A stretch of DNA of 63,622 nt, filler included, from Octopus bimaculoides (lineage: Eukaryota), in assembly GCF_001194135.2 (NCBI RefSeq). It is 6 parts of 6 records of this genome, joined end to end, with 100 filler letters (N's around TTAATTAATTAA, not from the genome) between each part and the next. Parts side by side here need not be neighbours in the genome. Positions count along the whole stretch, not along the records: positions 1 to 28,744 come from NC_068987.1; positions 28,845 to 43,933 come from NC_068991.1; 4 more parts are not named here. One strand, 5' to 3'. The translations under genes and the position numbers were made by a program. The notes under the pieces are model-generated. The model did not search any database. It worked only from the letters and a program-made list of their open reading frames with translations, and was not told the origin of the DNA. Positions 25,308-36,679 of this stretch are shown here, in pieces; the first letter of the stretch is position 1, and each line of letters begins with the position of its first letter.

Positions 25308-25429
25308 TTAACCATATAAAAAAATATTAGCAGAGTCGTTACTGCATCGGATAGAATGCTTCGTGGTATTAACCATATAAAAAAATATTAGCAGAGTCGT
25401 TACTGCATCGGATAGAATGCTTCGTGGTA
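25308..25429. repeat. Perfect 61-bp tandem duplication overlapping a SINE head (SINE continues to about 25530)
   Basis: 25308-25368 is identical to 25369-25429. Confidence 0.9.
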
Positions 25430-26114
25430 TTTGTTCAGACTCTCTGTACACTTGGTTCTAATACCACGGACGTCAACTTTACCTTACACCCTTTCGGAAT
25501 CGATAAAAAGAAGTACTTGTCCAAGGCGGTGGATTGGTGGAACTTTGAGAACTTCCGACTGCATAGCTTGCAATATTTGTTTTAGCTCTTTGCATTCTGA
25601 GTTCAAATCTTGGTATGGCCTACTTAACCCGTCACCTATTTTAATCTCACCATCCGACACATTGGGTACCTTTAGAGGAAACCACTTTGTTACAATTTTT
25701 CGGGCTAAGTTTCTGATTTGAGGATATTTTCCTCCCTCCATCCTACCCATCTCGGAGTTTCAGTAGTGAATCATGGGTACTGACTGAAAGATGAAAAACA
25801 CAAACAAACAAAAGAAAAACATTTATGCGTGTACGTAATATGCATGCACTCACAACCCGAATGCAAATAAGCTTGTACTCATGTAATAGGTCTGTATGTT
25901 GTATCTGTACATAAGTGTGCGTGCTTCATTATTGGGTATGTGTGTGCATATATGTGTATTCTATCTGCATATGTCCGCCCTGGAATCTCAAATGAAGTAT
26001 CCCTGGAATGTTTTACATATTTTCTGTTTACCGCTAGTCGATTGTATTTCCAGAAAGCGAATCATATATGTATGTATATATGTATGTATGTATGGTTTTT
26101 CTTTGAGTTTTATT

Positions 26115-26960
26115 TAAGTTCTTCTTGAGAGAGTTCAAGCCGGTCGCTAACAAAGCGACAAGATTTTTTGAGTTAGGAGAGTTCCCAGTGTTGTAGTTGA
26201 ATTCGTGTGTTGGTTGAACTGTCGATACATAAACCGAAGTGTGCGCTTTTATTCACATAAGAATCTCAGGTTGACACTTTTTTTGTTCAATGTCTTACAA
26301 ATCTTCACTATGCCACTAACAGATTGGATTTGGAGAATCAGTGTCAGTTTCTTGTGTTCGTTCTCTTTGATGTATGTATGTATGTATGTATGTATGTATG
26401 TATGTCTGAGTGTGTATTTATGTATGTGTGTATGTATGTATGTTTCCTTTTTCTCTTTATAATTTAGTTTTGATCGACCATTTGCTTGGAAGCAAGGTTG
26501 TGCAGTTTCTCTTCTCTATCCTAAATCATTATATCAGGTCTGTTGTGCTTACATTTTATTGAGGTCTACACTAGGACATTCCACCAGTATTCCTTTTCAT
26601 TATGAGTGGCTATGGCTTCTGCCATATTGTGGGTTCTTATTTCTTTGTCCTCGGGATTATCCTTCCGACAGATTTCATTATAGAGTGTCCTAGTTACAAC
26701 ATCATGTCTTATCGGTAGATAATAACTTGATGACATTTTTGGACAACTGCTTATGACGTGGATGATATCTTCAGTGTGAACTCCGCTAAGTCTGCATCGG
26801 TTGTCACATTTTACCGCTTTTCCTGCATCTTTATCGCTTTTGTGTGTCAGGTTCTTGGTTGATATTTCCTGTTCCTGGATTGCAAACACATATCCTTTAA
26901 AGTGGGAGGCAGTAATCCAGTTATTGGTCCGGGATAAACTGCTTTGATTATCGATGTTAC
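26115..26960 (-). mobile_element. Dong/R4-type LINE 3' part (CCHC knuckle and restriction-like endonuclease region)
   Basis: ORF 26566-27099: YVFAIQEQEISTK...NRCRLSGVHTEDIIHVISSCPKMSSSYYLPIRHDVV...EYWWNV. Confidence 0.85.
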
Positions 26961-28221
26961 TATCATCATATGTATATATACATGCATGTATGTATGTATG
27001 TATGTATGTATGTATGTATGTATGTATGTATTCATGTATGTATGTATGTATGTATGTATGTATGTATTTATGCATGTATGTATGTATATAAGCATACACA
27101 TTCTAATCATTAGAAGTTTTTTTTGCATGTTTACAAGTTTGTGGTTTGTTATTGATAGAAAAGTTGTTAATTCTAGTGTTTTTGTAAAACATCATTTAGT
27201 GTTAATGTTTAATTTGGCATAATACATTTTGTAGTTTGTTTTGAGATGTATTTGATAATATATTCATTTATTCTATATCTATATATTTTGCATGCATTTA
27301 ATCTCTGAATCACACTTTATGTATGCTTTGCATATTCAAATACTGTGGTTTTTGATGAATTTATTATATGTGTCTATATTGTTCTATGATTTGGGCAATT
27401 AATTAGTTTGTTAGATTAGCTGTTTTTGCGTGGCATTTTATTTATACTGATGATTACTTTATGAAATGTTCCGTTTGTAGAGGAAAATCTAAATGCTCTT
27501 CAGGATAAAACCTGGTATCATAGAACAAACCTGCAGTAAGTGCTAACTGCATGGAAGGAGTGATTAGATCTGCACTCTATTTGCTGTGGTGGTTTTTTGG
27601 ATAACGTAGGGAGAAAGTGTGATACAGTGTCGATCAAAAGAGCCCATACATTCTCTGGTAGTATTAATACTGCTGGAGGGACAGACAATTTTGAAAGACG
27701 TTAAAAATATGATGATCTCCAATCGAAATTTGATGAAGGGGGTGCGTCGCAGAGTAAGTCGTATGTATGATGTAAATATATACATATACATATATAGACA
27801 TGCGCGTGCTCATACGCACATATACCTATGTAAGCTTACTCTTTATACCAACTATAATATCCTTGTACACAAAATCTACCTACATACCTTCCTGCGGGCC
27901 CGTTAGTTAACTGACTGACTGGGTGACATTTCAGATATGACTGGAGAGATTGAAGACTTAAAGTACTCGTTTGTTTTATTGTTTACCGACAGAGTTATGT
28001 CCTTTCGCTGCTCAATTGTTGTACGCTTATGTTCACATGTCATTCTATTGTTGCTGAAATAGACACAAGAGATTTAGTTAAGACAGCGACACTGAGACAT
28101 AGAGACATAGAGACACAGATAAAATAGATAGGTGAACGGTTAGATAAACACATAAATTGCGAGACAAGAACAGAGAGACAGACAGATAGATGGATAGATA
28201 GTGAGATAAATAAATAGATAG

Positions 28222-28252
<31 letters not shown>

Positions 28253-28510
28253 TGTATGTATGTATGTATGTGTGTATGTATGTAAGTAGGTAGGTAGGTA
28301 GGTAGGTAGGTAGGCAGGTAGATTGGCAAAAGGACAGATGTGTTTGTAGTTCCACACTCTACTCCTATTCTTGATGCGGTGTAACTCATATCTCTGGTTA
28401 GACTGGTGTATGCAATCTGAACCATATTATAGTAACTATCAACGCAGTTCACGTTTTGTGCGCGCACGTGCGTGTGCGTGTATGTATATAATGCATATAT
28501 ATATATATGC

Positions 28511-28557
<47 letters not shown>

Positions 28558-28744
28558 TTATATGCTGGCTGGGCCATAAGTCACGCACCAAAACATTTGC
28601 CATCTTATTATATCACGTAATTATTATTATTGATTTTGTGTCCATCGTGTACAAGTACATGTGCATTCATCATTATTTTATTGATTTTTTTTCAATTTTA
28701 ATAAAAAAACTGAAGCATGTCTTTGACAATTCTGGAGCCTATTG

Positions 28745-28844
28745 NNNNNNNNNNNNNNNNNNNNNNNNNNNNNNNNNNNNNNNNNNNNTTAATTAATTAA
28801 NNNNNNNNNNNNNNNNNNNNNNNNNNNNNNNNNNNNNNNNNNNN
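28745..28844. other. Artificial assembly spacer 44N-TTAATTAATTAA-44N
   Basis: The same 100-bp structure recurs at 43934, 52116, 59442 and 60952; the 12-mer has stops in all six frames. Confidence 0.97.
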
Positions 28845-29046
28845 CGTCTAAGCAGGCTCTCTCATTTGAGTGTGGTTGAACGAAGTTGTCTCTACAACGA
28901 CACCAGCTCGAAGAACCGTACATCTACATTTCAGGCTACTCTAAAACCGGACAATTGGAAGCTGTTTTATTTTCCACCATACAATAAATATTTGTTGTTG
29001 TTGATCAGATTGGAGTTTCTGCGTTCAGTTCACTTCTAATTTAACA
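28845..29046 (+). mobile_element. Possible LTR 3' portion
   Basis: AATAAA at about 28983 and an end in ..TTTAACA. No partner LTR is visible. Confidence 0.3.
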
Positions 29047-29094
29047 TAGGAAAGTTAGGTGTACATCTAATGACGTATAACCCACTTTCCTAAA

Positions 29095-32000
29095 CAAGCA
29101 AAGTCTGGTGACATATGACGTTGGATCAGGACGCGATGAATTGTCTGGCACCAACATTGTACCAGGGAGTGCCAGGATGGTACCATAAAGGAGTTCAGCA
29201 GAGGAGAAACCTAAGTCTGTTTTAACAGCAGTGCGACAACCAAGAAGAACGATAGGCAGGAATTCTGTCCAAGACTGTGGATCAAGAGTGGCGCGTAGAG
29301 AAGCCTTCAGTTGCATGTAAAAACATTCAACCATCCTATTGGAAGCTAGGATTCGCGACAATTCACGAAATAAGGAAGCTTCAAACTGGCGTCCATGAAC
29401 AGTGGTTATTTTAGCTGAGACACCAAAGTGAGCAATCCAGTTAGAAACGAAAGCTCAAGCAACTGACTCAGCGGAAATGTCCACTATTGGAATGGCTTCA
29501 AGCCAACGAGAGAAACGATCGACACATGTCGACATGTAAGAGAACCCACGACTGACAGGCCATTGTCCAACCAGATCAATGTGGACATGTCAAAAGCGAG
29601 TTTCCAGCGGAGAAAACTGTCCAAGAGGAGCATGAATGTGCCAGTGGATTTTAGAACGCTGGCATTTCACACAAGAGCGTGCCCAAGCAGTGATCATACA
29701 GCACATATTAGGCCAGAAAAACCGAGCCGTAATAAGCTTCACCGAGACGGCAATGCCAGGATGTGACAGTGAATGCAAGGCATCAAAAACAGAACGCTGG
29801 TGGGTCGCAGGTACAAATGGTCTGGGAGAACCAGTAGCTGTGTCACAAAGGATTATACCTTCAGCAGACGGAAATGGAGGATAGGCAAACTTGCAACAGG
29901 ACAGCTTGGTGGAAGTTAGATCCAATGTGTCCAGAGCTGGCTGATCCTACACACTCGTGAACTGGGAAATGTAGTCCAGGTGACGAAAAGCTCGAGGCAA
30001 GTGTTTGTCCGATTTGGATGACAGAGGAAATGTAAGAGGCTTGTGATCAGTATAAATCACAAAATCCCGGCCCTCGAGTTGATGTTGAAAGTGACGAATT
30101 GACAGGCAGATCGCTAAGAGTTCATAATCAAACGTACTGTAACAGCGTTCAGCTGGTTTTAATTGACGAGAAAAAGATGCCAAAGGCCGAGTTTGATTAT
30201 TGACGATAAGCTGCAAAACAGCACCAACCACAGAATCTGATGCATCAATGTTAAAGAGAGACGAGCATCAGGAGCCAGATGTGCAAGCAAAGGAACAGAA
30301 GCTATTTCTTTCTTAATTGACTCAAATGAAGATAATGCCTCGGCAGATTGAGTGTTAGAAGCATCTCTTTTTATATTCGCTTTCAGTAGTTGAGTCAATG
30401 GAAGTAACTTGTCTGCACATTTATGTATGAAGCGTCTATACAAGTTGACAATTCCAAAAAGTGACACAATTGGCGTTGAGAAGTGGGAGGTGAGATGCGT
30501 TGAATTGCATCGACTTTGGAAGAGAGAGGTCTGATACCATTCGAGTCGATATAATTCCCCAGAAATTCCAGAGAGGACTGCTCGAAAACACACTTATCAG
30601 GGTTGATTCACACATTGTAGGTGCGAAGATGCTGAAAAAGTTGAGATAAGTGATGGAGATGATTTTCACACGTGTCGCTAGCTATGAGCAAATCATCAAT
30701 GTAAGCAAACACAAAGTCAAGTCCATGGACAACTTCATCGATAAACCTCTGGAATGTACTCGTTGCATTCCACAAACCGAAGCTCATAAACATGAACTCG
30801 AAACTTCCAAAGGGGGTGGTAACGGCAGTTTTGGGAATGTCATCAGGGTTCATTGGAATCTGATGATAAGCCCAAATGAAGTCAACCTTGGAAAAAATGG
30901 TACAACTGTGCAAGTTCGAAGAAAAATCCTGGAGATTCCTTATAGGATAGTGATCAGGAACAGTGCCCACATTTAAACGTCAGCGATCCCTCACCGAGCG
31001 AAAGTCTGAATCTCCTTTCCTTGCCAAATGTAGAGGAGATGCCCAAGGGCTTGTAGAGGGGTGAATAAGGTCGAGTTGAAGCATATGTTCAAACTCTGAA
31101 TGAGCCTTTTTGAGCCGATTAGGAGCAAGTTGCCGTGGACACGAAAAATGGGTGGTCCAGACGTAGTGATATGATGGCGAGTTGAGTGTGTGACTTTCAC
31201 TGATTTGAAAGTCGGATCCACCAGCTCTGGGAAAGAAGCCAAAAGGGAGTGGAACTGGTTACCAGCAGTGGCAACAAAAAATGACAGACTGAAAACAGCA
31301 TTAGTAGTAATGCGAGTAGGCGTGAACAAATACGTAGAATCGTCCACGAGTCTCTGTTGCCTGACATCTACTAATAAGTGAAAATAGCTTAAGAAGTCCG
31401 CACCCAGAATGGGATATGGTAGATCTGCTATAACAAAAGCCTACCTAAAATCCATTCGAAGGTTGGGATCTAGGTGTAATGAGATCTGACCGTAAGTTTT
31501 TATCGGGGATAGATTCACCACGTGCAAGTTGATGGCAGATCTGAAGTAAAACGCAAAGGCCAAATAGAACAGCTGGATCCAGTGTCAACCATAAATGTTT
31601 TGCCAGACACACGATCCTTAACAAAGAATGCACAATTAGATGAGAATTTGCGGGAAGAGTCTGATGTGCTCAAATCTTCCGTAACTAGTTTCCCGACAAC
31701 TGGAACAAACATGGTTGGATGCAACGACAGGCTTTCTCCTTGAAAGTAGACCTAGTTGATCGTGACTTAGAATGGCTTCTGCTGCGAGGACGATGAGAGC
31801 TGGCGCATTCTCGCCTCAATGTGCCCATGCGACGTGCTAACGCATTGACTCTCTCCAAAATATCGTCATGTGATGAGCGAGTGGACTTAGTGGTAGTAGA
31901 GGAAGCTACTACTGTGTCTGAACAGGTATGATGAGGTGCAGGCTGCACAGTGAACTCAATANNNNNNNNNNNNNNNNNNNNNNNNNNNNNNNNNNNNNNN

Positions 32001-33000
32001 NNNNNNNNNNNNNNNNNNNNNNNNNNNNNNNNNNNNNNNNNNNNNNNNNNNNNNNNNNNNNNNNNNNNNNNNNNNNNNNNNNNNNNNNNNNNNNNNNNNN
32101 NNNNNNNNNNNNNNNNNNNNNNNNNNNNNNNNNNNNNNNNNNNNNNNNNNNNNNNNNNNNNNNNNNNNNNNNNNNNNNNNNNNNNNNNNNNNNNNNNNNN
32201 NNNNNNNNNNNNNNNNNNNNNNNNNNNNNNNNNNNNNNNNNNNNNNNNNNNNNNNNNNNNNNNNNNNNNNNNNNNNNNNNNNNNNNNNNNNNNNNNNNNN
32301 NNNNNNNNNNNNNNNNNNNNNNNNNNNNNNNNNNNNNNNNNNNNNNNNNNNNNNNNNNNNNNNNNNNNNNNNNNNNNNNNNNNNNNNNNNNNNNNNNNNN
32401 NNNNNNNNNNNNNNNNNNNNNNNNNNNNNNNNNNNNNNNNNNNNNNNNNNNNNNNNNNNNNNNNNNNNNNNNNNNNNNNNNNNNNNNNNNNNNNNNNNNN
32501 NNNNNNNNNNNNNNNNNNNNNNNNNNNNNNNNNNNNNNNNNNNNNNNNNNNNNNNNNNNNNNNNNNNNNNNNNNNNNNNNNNNNNNNNNNNNNNNNNNNN
32601 NNNNNNNNNNNNNNNNNNNNNNNNNNNNNNNGGCAGGCGAACTGGTAATGTTGTGTTTCACCATGTGAGGCAAATCCAAATATTGCGGTAGACAGGAATG
32701 ATGGCTGGAAGTTGATGGTCGACATTATGGGAGAAATAACTTCAACAGGAAATTATTTGAAAGAATACCGTGTATTTTTCTTGTAAGAAAAAAATGCATA
32801 CTCTTCTAGATATGAGTTCGAGGTGAAGAACCTGAATTCTAAAAGTTCACTTGAATGAGAGAAGATATCCTGGTGTCGGGCCATTGATTTTTTGTTAAGA
32901 ATGCAAGCAAAAACTACCATTCTGTAGTTCAGTTGAGGCATCTACAATGATAAAGCTTGTGGCTGCCGAAAATCCTTTTTCTACGTCAGGCCACCATTTT
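29095..33000 (-). mobile_element. Degenerate Ty3/Gypsy LTR retrotransposon (CsRn1-like): gag-PR-RT-RH-IN
   Basis: Protease FMVDTGSSCS (about 31580), RT FSKVDFIWAYHQIP...FAYIDDLLIAS (30692-30703), RNase H VGAVLQ...ELLAI...YTDHKPL, integrase LHSLSHPGI...CVKC. PBS-like TGGTGGCCTGACG at 32984-32996 on minus. Many stops and frameshifts. Confidence 0.92.
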
Positions 33001-33559
33001 ATAATAGGACTAGAAGGTTCTTGATACCTGTGGCGTATCTCCTTCTCCCATTACAATTATTTTTTGTAGTCTTAGGATTCTTGTACTCGAAGAAGAAGAG
33101 GCTTACAAGCAGATGCAATTCAACGGTTGTTTATTTGGTTCTCATTTCATGGGGGTTGCTCCTGGCGACCATATGTATGTCAACACGTAGTTCATTAGCT
33201 CCGTTCGCGAGAGGTACATTACCTCTGGAGATAACGGGTAAAGTTAGTAGAACAGGTTAAGAATCCACTGTGAGATGCTAGGTTGCAGTGTTGTTCAATG
33301 TGAGTACCAACACGAGAGAAGAGATGATTTTTTTACCCACAAGGGGCCAACGAAGAGGGGACAATACAAAACACATTTGGGGACATATAAAAACGAGAAG
33401 AAAAAAAATAATAAAAAATGAAAAAAATAATAAAAAAGTTAAGACGTATGATATACATGAATGATACAATGAAAATGATAATGAAAATGAGCAACTTGCC
33501 CCACCTCAAGCAGCCTCACTTGCTTCCTTTTATCTTTTAAATTCCGAGTCCTTTAAGAT

Positions 33560-34830
33560 GTCTATCCCATATTTCTCGGGCAGTTCCTTGTACATTACAT
33601 TGTCTGGTATCGTCTTTAAATCACAATTCACCTTCCAACACTTATAACCCCTCTTGAATTTCAATATTTCATCATTTTGGCTTTCAGACACCAAAACACA
33701 TGCGTACCATCCATCAATGTCTATCCTTTGACATAGACAGATCTTGCTGTCTTTGATTTTGATATCCTATTGAGCAGTTCCTTGTCCACACCTTCAACCA
33801 TCATACACATGAAACAGTTTTCAGTGGGAGGGGGAGTTTGTTGATCCTTGTGTGTTTGTATTTCTTTTTTTCTCTTGCTTTGTGTAGGAGGGGAATGGGT
33901 GGATTTGGTGTCTGTAGGGAGGGGGCAGGTCTCATAGGGTATGGGTGGGGTGGGTAGGGTTCAGGGTTCTACATTACCCTGTTCCTTTTTTTCTCTTCTT
34001 CCTTTTTCCTTCTGTAGTTTTCCATTCTTCCACTCTTTCTTCCTCTCTTTCCTTTTCTTCCCCTTGCTTCTCTTCCAGCATCCTTTCTGTTGTCTGCTTT
34101 TGCAGAGGGCAGTGTGCTCTAATGTGGCCTTTGTGGCCACATTTAAAGCAACGAGGAGTCCTGCCCTCCACCCACACTTTTAACATCAGATCTCCGATTG
34201 ACACCGTCTCTGCTAGATTTTCAAGTGTTTCCACTGCAGCCTGTACAATCAGGTTTACTGTTTGTCCCTTCCAAACAGAGCCACCCATTTTTGTAGCTTG
34301 GAGAACGGCTACTTCTTCTCCACTTCCCAGGAGAACAGCCGCCATGACCCAAGCCACATCAATTTCCAGTGGAATTCAATCCACTCTTATTTTTGAAGTC
34401 CTTTTTCCCATATAAGTGGGCAGAAGGACCATCTTGTCCATTTTTTTTTTTTTTGCTTCTTCTCTCGCTTTTCCTTCTGTCTTATAATGGACTCTTATTG
34501 TTCCAAATTTATTCACTCTGGTCAGATACATAATGTCTGGCCAGACTCAGCTCAATGTTTTCTCTATAATTCCTTCTTCTAAATGTTCTATTCTTTTTTC
34601 CTCCACCGAGTAAACCTTGTATACCACTATCTTCTTGTCAATTTCTTCCATTTTCTTTTGGGGTGGTGACAGCTTAACACCATCACCCACTCTCATTGCC
34701 ATTTTTTCATATCTTCTGATATTTGAGATGTTTACTTCCTTTTCCTTCACTTCCATTGGTTCTGCGAAACTTTTCTTTTCCAGAACTCTATCCATTTTTC
34801 CAACAGCACGAACTAGTTCCTCAGCGAGAT
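33560..34830 (-). mobile_element. Tx1/L1-type LINE ORF1 remnant
   Basis: ORF 33974-34357 ...LKVWVEGRTPRCFKCGHKGHIRAHCP (CX2CX4HX4C at 34109-34150), followed by a K/E-rich low-complexity region. Confidence 0.65.
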
Positions 34831-34844
34831 CTCGTACAAAATGG

Positions 34845-36335
34845 CACTGGCTTCTTGTGTCACACTACAATTTTTTGCCCGTAACTCCATGTATGACCTT
34901 TGTAGATTTAATTAATTTCAGCTTACCGACACACTTCCAAGTTTCTTCATTTACAATGGTAATATCACTTCCAGTGTCTAACTTCATTTTTAATCCTATA
35001 TTTTTAGTTTTCACATTTACAAATTTTCTCTTTGTTATATCATCATTTTCTTTCGACAACATACTGTTTATTCTTTTTTCTTTATCCCAACATTTTGTCA
35101 ACTTGGTTTTACAATGTGCTTTTATGTGTCTAATTTTTCCACAATGGAAGCAGTCCACTTTCTTAAATGGACAGTTTTCTCTCAGACATAAACTTCTTCA
35201 TGCAAAACATGGGTTTCTTTCCTGCTTTTTGTCCTGTACTGTATTTTAGTACACATTTGATTTCTATTCTGCCTGTTTCGCACTTGTTTCATTTGGGAGC
35301 AGTCTTTATGTTCAATTTTCTCTGTGTCATGTCTTAAATTTACAATTCTTTCACACTCTTCTGACACTTGTTGAAAGGTTATATCCTGGTTTTGTTCTAG
35401 CTTAGCGAGAATTATTGTTCTTACTTCTGTATCTGTTTCTGCAGTTAGCTCCTGAGTAAATATCAGGCACTTGAACATATCTGGTATTAATTCATCCAGT
35501 TTGAACTTTTCACATTCCCTGTTAACTCTACCAGCATATGTGATGTTGTCCTCTTTGTTGTTCTTTTCTCAGTTCAAACATTTCCAACGTGTTTTGAATG
35601 AGTTTTTCTCACTAAATACTTCACAAAATATGTCTAGGTTTTTTTGGGAGTACGTAATTGCTGTAATGCTCATGTTCTCCTGCTGCCAGTTTTCTTAAGA
35701 TTAAACACGTTCTCATATTGTTGTCCCAATCTGTGCACTCTTTATTGAAGATTTATTCATATCTTTTATAGTAAGCCTCAAAGGTAACTCCTTCTTCTTG
35801 TTCATACTTACACAGATATCAAGTTTGCAACATAATCTTGCAAGAACATGGTTTCAGCATTTCCTGACGATTTATACTATTCATTAATTGCAGCATTTCT
35901 TGCTGTAATAGTAATTGCTGTTGTTCTTTCAGTTGTAGCTGCTACTGTTGTTGTTCTTTCAGTTGCTGTTGTTGCTGCTTTTGCAATTCAAGCAAACCAG
36001 TCAACAAATTTTCCATAATTTTATGATTTTTTTTCCATAAAATTCACACGAAAATCTTTTGTGAGTTTCATAAGTCCCTGTGAAATTGTTAATTCCTCGT
36101 GAGTTTGTTAATTCCTTGTGGGTTTGTTAATTCCTCGAGAGTTTAGTTCCTCATTACCACTGTTTTAATCCTTAATGTCAGGTTGTTATAACACCCACTT
36201 TGGCTTAGCAGTATAGTTGTTAAGACACATAAGACCACATCTATCTAAGAATGTCCACTTTGTACGCCCTCTTCTATACTGACTGACATCACCTATTGAT
36301 AATGGCTACCACTCGTTACTATTATCCCCATAACA
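34845..36335 (-). mobile_element. Ty3/Gypsy (Mag-like) 5' half: LTR, PBS, gag, protease
   Basis: 175-bp LTR at 36161-36335 (TGTT...AACA on minus) followed by a PBS-like TGGTAATGAGG. Gag has TFEAYYKRYE and the knuckle CFHCGKIRHIKAHC; protease KLDTGSDITIV (34970-34978). Truncated after the protease. Confidence 0.85.
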
Positions 36336-36679
36336 GTTTCTCAACCATTTACTGAGCCAGAAAATTCTTTTGAAGGAAAACATATAAAGAGCTAAATAAG
36401 CCCTCCATATCAATTTGGCAGCTGTGAAATTACAAGCTCTTCTTAGGATAAAGTACAACATATTTTGATGATTTTACTATACTATATCCTCAATGAGAAC
36501 AGTCATGTGTTCTGCTTCTAACAACCAATCTATTATGAAAAATATCATAACTCAGAATTCTAGCAACAGCATAGTAAAGTTAAATTTTCAAAATCACGGA
36601 GAGGCTCTGAAAGAGGTCTCAGGGAGTAGCGTTCCTGCCTTCCTGAGCTAGTTTTCCACCACATTTCTTAAAAATCGTG

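Noticed and set aside
27447-27505. Two further hammerhead-like cores (CTGATGA..GAAATGTT on plus, CTGAAGA..GGAAC on minus)
   Set aside because: Stems II and I do not pair convincingly and the GAAAC core is mutated. At best these are dead Penelope-terminus relics.
27610-27753. Candidate exon ending at a good donor AGA|GTAAGT
   Set aside because: The acceptor is weak and the most protein-like frame has an internal stop.
33000-33290. Possible 5' LTR of the CsRn1-like element
   Set aside because: It has AATAAA and lies next to the PBS, but the TG..CA ends are unclear and there is no 3' LTR to compare.
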